From Eledone cirrhosa (lineage: Eukaryota): a stretch of DNA of 64,000 bases. The translations under genes and the position numbers were made by a program. Below are positions 49,627 through 64,000 of this stretch, one piece after another. The stretch spans positions 292,392,001-292,456,000 of the forward strand of contig OZ024743.1 in the NCBI GenBank assembly GCA_964016885.1. The letters run 5' to 3'. Below the pieces are notes generated by a model. It did not search any database, had not been told where the DNA came from, and saw nothing but the letters and a program-made list of their open reading frames with translations. How positions within the stretch are numbered: position 1 is the first letter of the stretch; each line of letters opens with the position of its first letter.

Positions 49627-49648
49627 GAGAGAGATGTGTATATATATA

Positions 49649-49737
<89 letters not shown>

Positions 49738-50261
49738 TATTCTCTATCCACTCCGCCCACCTTGTCATTACTGGCTACAAACAACTGAAACTATCTTTAT
49801 TTTGCTTAATATATATTTGAAGCCAGATTTTTAATTCGTCGCCATTTTAAGTAATCTTCCAGCTTCAATCTCTATCTCTAAGATAAACTTACAGTTTGTT
49901 TATTAAGGCGCTATTGAAAACATTGACATTAAGGTTCTCAAAGGCATGAACTCGTCAGTGATTATCTTCATAAACGATCTCCTATACGGCCTTCTCAATT
50001 CCCAATGGTTGGTTTAGTGTGTAATGTGGCGGTAGAGTGATGTGGGTATGGAATGTTAGAAGGCATGCAAGTATTCGTCTATGGTATCGTCATCCTCCTG
50101 ATAATAGTTGTTGTAACTGTTGTTAATGTTTTTGATGTTATCGTTGTTGAAAATTCATAACCAAATATTTATATATTTATTTCTGCACGTTTCAAATCAT
50201 GAATCTATCATGTCTGTATATATATATATATATACACACATACACACATACACATATATAC

Positions 50262-50354
<93 letters not shown>

Positions 50355-51599
50355 TATATATATATATGAATATATTTATATGTAAGCAGACATATATGCA
50401 GAATTTAGAGATTTCCTTGCATACGTATATTATATAATAATGTTTAAATTCTGTGTATACATAACATCTGCATCTAACATTTGCATACGTCTGAATAGAT
50501 GTACGAACCAGTATGTGTCTGTATGCGTATATAAACTTTCAAAGCATAAATAGGGTGTTTGTTTTCATAAGATATTTAAAGCTATCATTTGCTGCATATA
50601 AACACGGTTGTTTAAAATGTACAATTACAGGCCGTTCTAGCATCCATAATTCTTTGCTAGCTCGTAATGGAATCAATATATTCCCCTCTATAAGATCCTT
50701 TGAGTATATTAAATCGAAGAGATTATGATTGCCAGATATTCATTCGTAATATTTACTCAATAGTCAATATTCGTTTGCTAATTAAGTCCAAATCCAATTT
50801 TTGCATGGATATGTACATAGTTAATTAAATGGGCTTCATTGTTCCACTGCTACATGGGAGTTTGAACTGGGAACCAATAAGTATAAAATTGTAATGATCA
50901 TGCCAAACTCTAATCTCTCAGAAACTAATCAATCATTAGACGATTCGTCAGCTGGTTGTTTTACTCCGATGATGATTAGGTGCTGATGCAGCATAACTAT
51001 GGTAAATCAGTGGATACAATAATGGTTATGAAATAATATTTTCAATAATAAGCTCCTGTGTTCGATCCCACCTCGTACCATATTTGACAATTTTCTTTTG
51101 ACAAACTCTCGGTTGACATAAACATTGGAAACACAATCATCCGAACATCTAATTTAAAGTATCAGCATTGTCACACACTGTGGCAGTCTGATATAATTTC
51201 GGTGGCAGGCTCTTCAGTGGATCGAACAACTGGAGCATTTATCGTCGAACAACAAAGCGTGACACAGAACAATCTTCCTAGTTATATGACTCCGTCCAGC
51301 TGAAAACTGTGCTGCACATACTAATATGTATTAATGAATCGAATGTTGATTGGGAGCAGCGTAAAAGTATCGGCAAGTGTTTTCCAAACCAAGTTCTTTG
51401 GACCCACAAGAATCCAGAAGAGTCATGTAATAATATTTAATGTATGTTTTTTTTTCTATGAAGTCAACAGATTTTTTAATGATTGCAACAGTTGTATATT
51501 TTGTTTGCTTTTGTATTTGTTTGATATTTGTGGGCATGTTCATTTAATGTCTTATTAAAATTAAAGTTATCGAAATTGTCTATAAAATACAGTCATGGC

Positions 51600-52050
51600 T
51601 TCCATAACCTTTGGAAAAATTTATAATGTTTATATGACAACATATGTTGAGAACGACTTGTCTAGACATATTGCACACATTACCCATCATATTACTGTTC
51701 GCCTCTAGAATCTCCTGGGAATAACAATGAAGGCAGATACGCGTAGCAGTTGCCTTTTCTCGATATTTGTATTTGTTGTGCAACTCAACAGAATTCACAT
51801 TAAGAGATTAATTTGCCTGTGAAATTGTCTTCTCAGTCAGTTGATTTTCTTTAAAACTATAAACTTCTGAGCTAGGGCGAATTCTGATTTGGGAACCTTT
51901 ATTAAACGGCTGCTGGCAAAAGAGAGGTTTCTTTGGGAAATTAATGTATTTTTGTAATTTGTCGATAAAAACGAAGTAAAACACAAGATATAAAAATCTA
52001 GCTTTTTATGGAAATTTTCGCGTTAAAATTCCATTCAGTTAAAGGGTTAA
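51600..52050 (-). mobile_element. Possible piggyBac-derived remnant
   Basis: Minus strand begins TTAA-CCCT at 52050; RICLHCY..(frameshift)CAICLDK resembles the piggyBac cysteine-rich tail; second terminus not found. Confidence 0.35.
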
Positions 52051-52147
52051 TAAGATGGATTTTGGGAAATAAAACGATCTAGCAAACACATGTCTAACCG
52101 ATTCAAAGTATATTGTTGATGATGGTGGTGTATTGTTATTATTATTA

Positions 52148-52554
52148 AGGGCGGTGGATTGACAGTATCGGTACAGGGTCGGACGCCATGCTTTCCAGCA
52201 AAGAGTTACGGCCCTTTATGGTCTGAGTTCAAATCCCGCTGAGGTTAACTTTGCCTTTCATCCTTACGGGGTCGATAAAATAAAGTACCACTGGGATAAT
52301 TGCTGGCCTTGTGCCAAAAGTAGAAACAATTATTAAGGGCGGTGGATTGGCAGTAACGGTAGAGGGTCTGACACCATGCTTTGCAGCATAGAGTTACGGT
52401 CTTTTACAGTCTGAGTTCAAATCCCACCGAGGTTAACTTTGCCTTTCATCCTTACGGGGTCGATAAATAAAGCACCAGTAACGTATTGGGGTCGATTTAA
52501 TCGACTTTCCACTCCCCCCCCCCCCAAATTACTGGCCGTGTGCCTATACTAGAA

Positions 52555-52613
<59 letters not shown>

Positions 52614-52828
52614 CATTATTATTATTATTATTATTATTATATAAGCCGGTGGATTGGCAATATCGGTAGAGGGTCGGACGCCATGCTGTCCAGCGTAGTT
52701 ACGTCCCTTTACGATCTGAGTTAAAATTCCGTCGAGGTTGACTTTGCCTTTCATGTTTACGGGGTCGATAAAATAAAGTACCAGTAATGCACTGGGAAAT
52801 TGCTGGCCTTGTGCCTAAAGTAGAAACA

Positions 52829-52893
<65 letters not shown>

Positions 52894-53110
52894 GGGCGGT
52901 GGATTGGCAGTAACAGTAGAGCGTTTGACAAGATGCTTTGCAGCATAGAGTTACGGTCTTTTAAAGTCTGAGTTCAAATCCTGCCAAAGTTTACATTGCC
53001 TTTCATCCTTACGGGATCGATAAAATAGAGCACCAGTAATGCACTGGAATCGATTTAATCGACTTTCCCTCCCTCTACACTGCCGGCCTTGTACCTATTG
53101 TAATAATCAT
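52148..53110 (+). mobile_element. Four head-to-tail tRNA-derived SINEs separated by (ATT)n
   Basis: Starts at ~52148, 52337, 52644 and 52893; A-box-like tggcagtatcgg, B-box gagttcaaatcc. Confidence 0.93.
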
Positions 53111-53288
53111 TATTATTATTATTATCAATATTACTATTATCATAACCATTTCTTCTACTTGCCATGAGGAGGTAGAAAACTGGGGACAATCAGAATCGAA
53201 AAACATCAAAACTATGTCGGATGTAAATCTAGTAAAAGGAAGGCGAAATCAACAAAGCCATATATATAACAATAAGAAAATAACAAAA

Positions 53289-53301
53289 CAGCAGAAGCAG
53301 A

Positions 53302-53378
<77 letters not shown>

Positions 53379-53406
53379 CAGGAGCAGCAGCAGCGGGAGC
53401 AGCAGT
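53289..53406. repeat. Compound (CAG)n(TAG)n microsatellite
   Basis: Direct reading. Confidence 0.95.
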
Positions 53407-53767
53407 ATACAACCGATAACAAATGGAACCAAATTGGTCCGACGTCTCAAACAATCACTCTGATCGTTTGCTTTATTCGTCTTGCTTTGGGGAAAATTGT
53501 TCATGTGGAGGAAATGAAAAGGTTTTTTGCAGCAAATTTCTATTTACTTTTTGCTGGGATGATTAAGAATTGGCACCCAAAATATTTGTGAAGAAGATTT
53601 TTTCTTTTTCACGAGACTCTCTCATGTGTAAATATCAGTGACGACTGAATAGATACATCCATCTATTTTATTCATATTAGATTCAGAAACCTTTTTAGCA
53701 TGGCCACATCGCAATTAAAAGCTTTGCCTTGTTAACCTCGAAAACCCCCGAGGTTAAGCTACCAAAT

Positions 53768-53877
<110 letters not shown>

Positions 53878-53897
53878 ACTCACTCTCACTCTCTCTC

Positions 53898-53963
<66 letters not shown>

Positions 53964-54104
53964 TGTATTGTATATAAATACATATATATATGTATATATT
54001 TATACACACACACGCATACACATACATACATACATACATACATACATACATACATACATACATACATACATACATACATACATGCATACATTGGTCGAGA
54101 TTGT

Positions 54105-54500
54105 GAACATCACCTTTCCTGATTTCACGCTTGAGTTGTTCATGTTCTATACGACATTCTTCGAAAATGTACAGCTCTCCTTTGTGTGCTTTCTCTACTC
54201 AGCCCTATTTAGAGCTATCTCCTCCCAGTTGTCTCTATAAAAGCCCAGCTCTTTGAGATAGTTCTTGAGGCTGTCTTTGTACCTCTTTTTTCTGTTTGTG
54301 CAGAGGACGTTTTCTTATTTGTAGATCACCGTAAATCAGTTTCGCTAAGATTCTTCTGTCTTCCATGCGGACGATGTGTCCTGCCTAGTGCATTTGAGAA
54401 GATGTTACTAGTGACTTAATGCTTGGGCCTTCCGCACTGACAAGGAGATCAGTCCTTGATGTTCAATATGCGTCTGAGACGTCCTGATTAGTTTCTGTCC
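54105..54500 (-). mobile_element. RTE (BovB-like) LINE 3' fragment
   Basis: [44 protein letters not shown]. Confidence 0.8.
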
Positions 54501-55702
54501 AGGAGGATTTTAGTGTTCCAACACAGATCCTGTGTTGGACACAATCTTTTGCAAATGTTTTACGTTTTGCAATATTCTTGTTCCTGCTTGAGTGAACAAC
54601 TGTTAGCTGCAGTAAAATAACCAGTGTTTTTATGACATACAATTTTTAGTGCCCCTTTTCTCGCACTTTACCAAGAATATGACTGAGCAGTGTTCTTCGT
54701 CGTTAGGGCTGCTCAGAGTTTCCACCGTAGTGGTCCCTGTCAAATGAAGACACCGATGTTAAGATAAAACTGAAGAAGATTGTGTGCAGACATGGCGCTA
54801 CGTGCTTTTAACCGGTCATGTCTGCACGTGTGCCTACTCGTCTATTGCTTCAGAACTTCAAAAATAAAAAGGTAGATGGAGAAAGATGTAAGACATAGCT
54901 GTATCTCAGAATATTATAGTGACAAGCGCATGTACAACACGAGAACCGCTCACTGAGTATCCACTACTAGAGTCCAGTGACATGCAGAAGCAAGATGACT
55001 TAGAGTTACTTCTAGTGCAGGTTATACAAACTTATCAACTAATGGCATGCATCGAACAGAGAACAATTTGGGCCGTAGATAAGTTTTTGTTTGAATCAGG
55101 TACATCAACAAAATTAAGATGTATTTATAAAAATATATACACATGAAATATACATGTACTTACATCAATGAATGGTTACACTGGTTACAATTATTACAAT
55201 GGTTATATATGTACTTATTTCATTGAATGGTTACATGCAAGCACATGCACAGAGACGGAGACAAAAATAAATAAATAAATAAATAAAATAAAAATGGCGT
55301 AAACATTACAATACAATAAGATGGAACATGATAATAGTACCACTGATGATTTTGCAGATGTCAACGAAAGAACTTTGTTAGACTGTATATATATTTATAT
55401 CTGTATTTTTGACCGTTGGTCAGTCAATGATAAACATTGATTGCCAAATAAATTAACTATGGAGATATAAAAGATACAGAAGCGAAAAATAACCAAACAG
55501 TGAATGTGTTCTGTTATTATTTCTGGCAATATTATTACAACAATATGACCCTCACCAAATATAACAACATTTGTATCGACACACGATTTCATATAAAAAT
55601 AACCTTGTAAAACATATATATATATAGTATCGTCTTCCTGTCTTCCTCCGGTTGCAACATTTTTTGAAATATTCACTTCTGCGGTCACAGATTGACTTTA
55701 TT

Positions 55703-55753
55703 AGTTTCAGAAGATCCCGTTAAGGGTGAAAGCAGCGATTATTTGCTTAAACT
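55703..55753 (+). ncRNA. Hammerhead motif with one core substitution, just upstream of (TA)n
   Basis: agttt-CAGAAGA-t-ccc-gttaa-ggg-t-GAAA-gcag..ttgc-TT-aaact. Confidence 0.6.
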
Positions 55754-55764
55754 TTAATCTGTTA

Positions 55765-55822
<58 letters not shown>

Positions 55823-56066
55823 AATATCATTAAGAAAGAGAAAGATGCAGCTGTTACATGAAACGTTATTCCTGAATAAACGATTTGTGTAACATCACCA
55901 TCTTTCTTAATATTCTTATACTGAATCTCCATCGTAACTACAAACTACCAATGTAGAGAGTTTTCCCCTGCTTGCTCCTCTTTTTAGCAAAACAATTTCT
56001 ACTGAATACACACAGATACACACACACATACACACATACACACATACACACACATACATATATATA

Positions 56067-56170
<104 letters not shown>

Positions 56171-56959
56171 TGTGTGTATATATCTTTGTTGGGTTTTTTC
56201 AATAAACAAATATCATTATTTCTGAAGACAACATATATATGTGTAGGTATGTATATTCCCTCTGATAGTTTGTAAAATGTTTACATACATCTATATGATA
56301 TACATACCAACACACACATATATATCATAGAAACGATCGTAAAATGATGAATTGTTTTATATAAGGAACTGTTTCTTTGTTTTTATTCATTGTTTTTATT
56401 AATTTATATATACATATATATATTTACACATAATTACTTGGTTTTTGTACTCGTTTTGTAAAATTCTTGATGTGTTGAAACAGATGACGTTATACTTCTG
56501 TCATATACTGCTCATGGTGCCAATAAAAACACACACCTGTTGAGGTTCTTGTGAGTTTTATTATTAACTGGGGAGAGGGAGCAATGTGTGACACTGTGAA
56601 CTCCCAAGAAAACTCTCATAACCCAGTGAGGTAGGTACGACGAGGTGAGTAAAAGCCACCTCTAAAAAGGAGTAATCTTCGGTGGGTCTGAGAAAAGTAT
56701 GAAGTTGATGACTGGTGCGAATGAGACCATAAAAAAACATACACTGCAGTATGTGTGTAAACAGTAAAGGCATCCCTACCGCATAGTCTTTCACACGGGA
56801 AAGAAAGGACCGCATTAGGCAGAGGAACCTGTTCGAAAACTATATTGCAGTTTCCATCCAAGGCTGTAAGAAATGGGTGATAGGCCTGGTAGACATGGGA
56901 TGAAAATTCAGAGATGGTCCAGAAAGGCAAACACTTCGACAATTGGAATTCTTCCTAGT

Positions 56960-57919
56960 ATCTTTAATCCGGCATTGATCCCTGGTGTTATTAATCCGGC
57001 ACTGACCATTATTATTTTTAATCTTGCGCTGACTCTTTTTAATTTTGATACGGCACTGACCCTTATTAATTTTGAACCAGAAATGATCCATATTAATATT
57101 AATCTAGCATTGAACCTTATTATTTTTAATCCGCCACTAATCTTTATCTTTTTTAATCTGGCACTGATCCTTTTTATTTTTATTCCGGTACTGACCGTTA
57201 TTATTTTTAATCCGGCACTAATTTATTAATGTTTTGAATCCAGGTCTCACACTTACTAATTGATACTTATTGTTTTTAATCCGGCACTTAACCGTAATAC
57301 TTTTAATCCGGTACTGATGATTAGTGTTTTTAATACGGCTCTTAAACTTACTATTTTTAACCCGCCCCGGTTCATTTCTATTTTTATCCGGCACAGACAC
57401 GTTTTTATCCGGCACTGAGATTTATTTGTTTAAATCCACCACTGACACTTATTATTTTTAATCCGGCAGTGACACTTATTGTTTTGATCCGGCACTTACA
57501 CTTCTTAGTTTTAATCCGGCACGGATCATTGTTAATTTTAATCCGGCACTGACACTTATTATTTTTAATCCGGCACTGATCCTAAGTATTTTTAATCCAG
57601 CATTGATCCTAATTATTTTTAATCCGGGACTGATCCTTATCATTTATAATTCGGTACTGACCCTTATAATATTTAATATTGCAGTCATCCTCATTATTTT
57701 TAATCCGGCACATATAATTATTAATTTTAATCTGGTACTGATCATTAATGATTTTAATCCAGCACTAATACCGAATGCTTTTAATCCGGCAGTACCCTTA
57801 TTATTTTTAATCCATGATCCTTTTTATTTTAATCCGGCACATATATTAATTAATTTTAATCCGGCATTAACACTTGTTATTTTTAATCCGGCATTAACAC
57901 TTGTTATTTTTAATCCGGC
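56960..57919 (+). repeat. Minisatellite, ~30-bp unit, about 32 diverged copies
   Basis: Consensus about ttttaatccggcactgacacttattat. Confidence 0.95.
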
Positions 57920-58421
57920 GAAGGTCGAGGTAGTGTTTGAGGGTGCGTAGGCCGTCGGCGTGGGGGGATGACGGTATAGAGGGACTTGATGTCTAGGGTG
58001 AAGAGGAAGGGCTGTGAGCCGGGTGGGTAGGTGAAGGAGTCGAAAAGGCGCAGGGCGTGGTTGGCGTCGGAGATATGGGAGGGGAGGGTGGTGACAAGGG
58101 GGGCGAGGATGGAGTCGAGAAAGGCGGAGATGAGTTCGGTGGGGCAGTTGCAAGCGGAGTCGATGGGGCGGGTGGGGTTGTCGGGTTTGGGGAGTTTGGG
58201 GAGGAAGTAGATGGTGGGGGTGCGGGGGGTGCGGACGATGAGGTGGGAAGCGGTGGGGGAGGAGGGAGGAGGAGACAAGGTGTTGGATGGTGGAGGAAAC
58301 TTGTTGTTGGTAGAGGGGTGTGGGATCGGAGGGTAGAGGGCGGTAGAAGGGGGGGTTACGGAGCTGCCTGAGGGCTTCGGCCGTGTAGAGGTCCGCGCGC
58401 CACACCACCACGGCGCCTCCC
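57920..58421 (-). mobile_element. GC-rich PLE RT fragment (Neptune-like by inference)
   Basis: GGAVVVWRADLY..YRPLPSDPT..IYFLPKLPKPDNPTRPIDSACNCPTELISAFLD..LFTLDIKSLYTVIP. Confidence 0.88.
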
Positions 58422-58531
58422 TTGTATATATATATATATATAAGAGAGCGAGAGAGAGTGGGAGAGAGAGAGAGAGTGGGAGAGAGAGAGAGAGAGAGAG
58501 AGGGAGTGCGTGTGTGTCTGTGTGTGTGTGT

Positions 58532-58562
<31 letters not shown>

Positions 58563-58569
58563 GGTGTGT

Positions 58570-58608
<39 letters not shown>

Positions 58609-59754
58609 GACTTATAGATAAGAAATATATATATATAAAGGCAGTATGATAATATAGGCCAACAATATGTTTTCCCCTGACAATTTGGACGTGCTAAAAT
58701 AGTCTTTTTATCCTTGTTCTTAGGACAAACGTGACTCGACTTTCTTCGTTTCCAATCAGAAGATACTATTTATTCATATTCCCAAGTAAAAAGCTTCTTA
58801 CACGCTTTAGTGTGAATTAAAATAAGATGAGTAAGGGATTTAGATTTAGATATACAATCTCTTTTTTTTCTTTCTTTTTCTTTTACTTTGTAAACTCAGA
58901 AAACACTTATAATAGAAAAATTAACTAGTAATCGCAGCGGAAATCGATAGTCTATTTAAATCAATATAAGAGATGTGGTGTTCTGAATATAAATGATTTG
59001 TAATCTTTACCCCATCTTCAATATATTCCATTATCTTAAATATTATATATATATATATGATTGTGTGTATATATGAGTATACTTAACACGGCATTAAAGA
59101 TGGAATATTCAACCATTTACACGTTAATTTCCAAACTGGAAGTTTAGTTGATCAACTGAATGTTTATAGTCGAAATCGATGAAGTATCTATTATTGTATC
59201 TAACTTTAAATTTCTCTCTCACTCTCTCTCACTCTCTTTCTCTCCCTCTCTCAAATACACAGTCTGTCTAACTAAATATCTCTCTTTCTCCTCTATAAGC
59301 TTCTCAAAATCCCGCTGTTCTCTCGTCATATTCTTTAGTCAACTTTCTATAATCGTTTCCAATAAGAAAGTTACAAATATAAAAAGAGCATTGTAAAGTG
59401 CACATTTAGATTTTAATATAAACAGTAGGAACAAATAGAGAGTGTAAAACAGGAGATTTAAATAGGGGATAAGCTGTCTATTTTTTTCCCTCACTCTCTC
59501 GTTAATCATGAAGGAAAAGACAGCGCGCATGACCTTGTTGGAGGAAAGGGCGACTGTTATACTCAACGCGGTTGCCTGACCCGAATGCTCACAACAGAGT
59601 CAACTCAACTGAAAACTTCCAAGTACCGAAATATAGCGTATGCTGTGTATTTATTCTTATCGTAACGAGTTAGTCCTGTTGGAAATATCATTATCCGTTA
59701 TCTGTTCTTTTTTTAATACCCCATGCTTGTTGAGAGGAATGACGGTAGTTAACC

Positions 59755-59905
59755 GCAAACCGGAAGCATGCGCAAACGGTTACACAACTCAGAATCAACT
59801 CTGCTAAAGACTACCTAGAATAAGACGGATAAAATCTACTAGCCAATCACAATAAAGTAAAATTTGGTAGATAAATATTAAAAAATACGCCCAGCCAATA
59901 GAAAA
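59755..59905. promoter_or_regulatory. Possible Pol II promoter (ETS-like, NRF1-like and two CCAAT motifs)
   Basis: accggaagcatgcgca 59759-59774; agccaatc 59841; agccaatag 59893; non-repetitive context with retained CpGs. Confidence 0.4.
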
Positions 59906-60215
59906 CATTTAAATAATAGGTATACACTAATTTATTTTCTTTATTTCGTCTCTTTCTCTTTTTCAGTGAATTGTACTGAACAAGCGTTTGTGCACCATCA
60001 TTTTATATCAGCTAATATTACATGAGACACCATTGAAAGCAAGCTAACCGAGAGCTCGTAAATAACAAATAAATTGGTCTGCTTAGTGATGCGTAAGATG
60101 ATTTTTGTGGTTTTATTTCTAAGATTTACATTTTGTACAATAACTATGTGAGTGTGTGTGCATATATGTGATATTATAAGTGTCCTAAGTACGCCCACAC
60201 ACACATATATATATA

Positions 60216-61717
<1,502 letters not shown>

Positions 61718-61721
61718 TGTC

Positions 61722-61773
<52 letters not shown>

Positions 61774-61953
61774 TGTCTGTGTGTGTACTGAGAAAAAGTT
61801 ATATATATATATATATATATATTGCTAGATTATATATGTTTTAATATTTGTGCTATAATACTATAATTATTTTTATCCGGTCTAGAAGACTGCGCGCTCA
61901 AATTTACGTTAATTGTAATTCGAGACTTTCTGGATACTATTATGGTTTAATTG

Positions 61954-61989
<36 letters not shown>

Positions 61990-62241
61990 GAGAGGTATAG
62001 AGATTGTTTTAGCGAGAAGCTAACAGCATTCTATAACATATATGCGACTATAACGTCAAGATGGGAAAAGTAGTTAACGTAAGATTTAGGAAAAATAATT
62101 CAAACTCATCTCAAAAGAGAATCAGGATACAAATTCATCCACAGAATTTAGTGCAATCCAGGGAAAAATCAATAGACCTTTAACTCATGATACAATAAAT
62201 TTTAAAACACTTATCCTTCAATTTGTATATATATATATATA

Positions 62242-62344
62242 TACAGTATATATATTATTTGTTTGTTAAAATAATCAAATTAAAAACAGTTAATAAAATG
62301 ATACTTAACAACAAGATAGAGCGAACAATCTTCTGTAACAAACA

Positions 62345-62436
<92 letters not shown>

Positions 62437-62468
62437 ATAAATATACATATATATATATATATATATGA

Positions 62469-62518
<50 letters not shown>

Positions 62519-62619
62519 TGTTTGTTACAGAAGATTGTTCGCTCTATCTTGTTGTTAAGTATCATTTTATTTACTGTTTTTAATTTAATTATTTTAACAA
62601 ACAAATAATATATATACTG

Positions 62620-62621
<2 letters not shown>
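62242..62621. repeat. Inverted pair of a ~110-bp unit that itself has terminal inverted repeats, around a (TA)n loop
   Basis: 62242-62350 vs 62512-62621; each unit is bounded by tattatttgtttgtta/taacaaacaaataata. Confidence 0.88.
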
Positions 62622-62652
<31 letters not shown>

Positions 62653-62680
62653 ATATATATATATAGTTTTAATATAGATG

Positions 62681-62731
62681 AGATTCTACAGGACTAGAAC
62701 TGTTTCATTCATTAGAAATCATCAGGAATCT
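62681..62731 (-). ncRNA. Type I hammerhead ribozyme at the end of a probable PLE 3' tail (62665-63400, -)
   Basis: agattc-CTGATGA-t-ttc-taat-gaa-t-GAAA-cag..ctg-TA-gaatct. Confidence 0.78.
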
Positions 62732-63493
62732 GGGTATCAAAAAATAAATATGGTATTTATAGGTCTCTACAAGTGGTAGGGGAGGGTGGGGAGTGGGATG
62801 GGTGCAGGTCATTGGTTGATAGAAAAGGGAATTCATTAAAAGCTAATTCTACAAAGCTATAGTTTATTTTTATTTTTATTTATTTATGTTTTTAGAGTAA
62901 CAAGGGCAGACAGAATTCTATAAACAGATTCCGGATGGCATACCATTCCTTGTCATTAAGTTTCTCTTAAGCTAACAGATGTCTATAAAATCAGTGGGGG
63001 GTCAGTCATGGTCGATAGAATTAAAGAAAAGGGAGATTCTTTAAAAGCTAAACTCATTAAGGTTCTACTAAGTGACAAAGGTCTAGAGAATTCTGCAGAC
63101 AGATTCAAAATACTGAGTGCATATCTTACTATTATCTTCGAACTTCTCTTAAACTAATCAACTATATGCCAAAAATCAACAGACACATTCACAAAAAAAC
63201 AAAAAAACACATACTCACTCACAGACTTACGCACAACCATAAACACACACACAAACACATATACACACATAAAAACACACACACATATATAAAATATATT
63301 CATGTACACACACATACATACACACATACATACATACATACATATATATATATATAGAGAGATAGTTAAAAGAATAGAGGTGTAACACACAAGTTATTAT
63401 ATATTGGTAAACGGAATAGAAAATGCTGACAAATTGTTCACAGTTGAAAAATGGTTTAATTAGGAATAAAAGAGTATTAGTGATTGTATGGGT

Positions 63494-64000
63494 TATGAAG
63501 AGATCCTACAGGAACTCAAGAAAATCAACACCAACCTATCTTTGCTGGTCGACAAACTTGACTCCACAAATAAGGAAACCGCCACCGGATACAAACCCTC
63601 CGAAATCGGCGACAAACTTCAAAACCTTTGCGATACTATCCAAACTATGTTCACTACTACCAACCCAGGAAAAACCAACGAAGAACCATGTGAGATTGAT
63701 TCACACAAAATGAAAATTCGAACAATTCCAAAATGGAACAAATCCCTCAGAGACAGAAAGTTCTCATTCTGGAAGATGATACAAAATCACAACAAAGCAG
63801 AGATATATGAAAAATGGCTTAACTCAACCCCTCTAACTCTCCCCCGTAAACTACAAATAAAGTCCATTCCAAATGAACCCGAACCTCAAAGACACCTTAG
63901 GGAAAGAATGGCATTGGAAAAAATGAAGACAGAAATTGAACTTCTTAAACTGAGGGCCCAGACAAATGAGGAAAAAATCAAAACCATCGATGAAGAGATC
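63494..64000 (+). mobile_element. Open reading frame running off the window, probably the N-terminal region of a lineage C PLE
   Basis: 168 stop-free codons from 63497 (EEILQELKKINTNL..LPRKLQ..EKMKTEIELLKLRAQ), joined directly to an inverted lineage C pLTR piece at 63403-63495. Confidence 0.6.

Noticed and set aside
52148-53110. tRNA genes
   Set aside because: A/B boxes belong to SINE heads; no cloverleaf and the SINE body follows
53212-53504. Poly-Thr/Ala and poly-Leu ORFs
   Set aside because: Trinucleotide microsatellite
56564-56942. Overlapping non-repetitive minus-strand ORFs
   Set aside because: No recognisable domain or splice structure
56960-57919. CRISPR-like periodicity
   Set aside because: Unit is ~30 bp with related, non-unique spacers; eukaryotic context and no cas genes, so a minisatellite

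Overview
Animal genomic DNA that is AT-rich, saturated with microsatellites ((TA)n, (CA)n, (GA)n, (ATT)n, (TACA)n) and has no intact host gene I can support. The SINE family and repeat landscape suggest an octopus or other cephalopod (inference). The window is dominated by decayed Penelope-like retroelements (PLEs; RT plus C-terminal GIY-YIG) of at least three lineages, usually in (TA)n tracts and arranged as inverted pseudo-LTR (pLTR) fold-backs. Also present are about 10 copies of a tRNA-derived SINE, RTE- and L1/Tx1-type LINE fragments, a ~30-bp minisatellite and a possible promoter. Reading the non-coding repeats by eye gives more than 20 type I hammerhead ribozyme (HHR) motifs, intact or decayed, from about 10 sequence families. 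They include two ORF-less tandem/inverted HHR repeat families (~430 and ~320 nt units) that look like retrozymes, an HHR variant with a UUGAAAA core (compensatory U3-A8) at three separate loci, and a recurrent U-U mismatch at the base of stem II. All ribozyme calls are manual motif and pairing reads; none has been tested. Almost all listed short ORFs are microsatellite artefacts.
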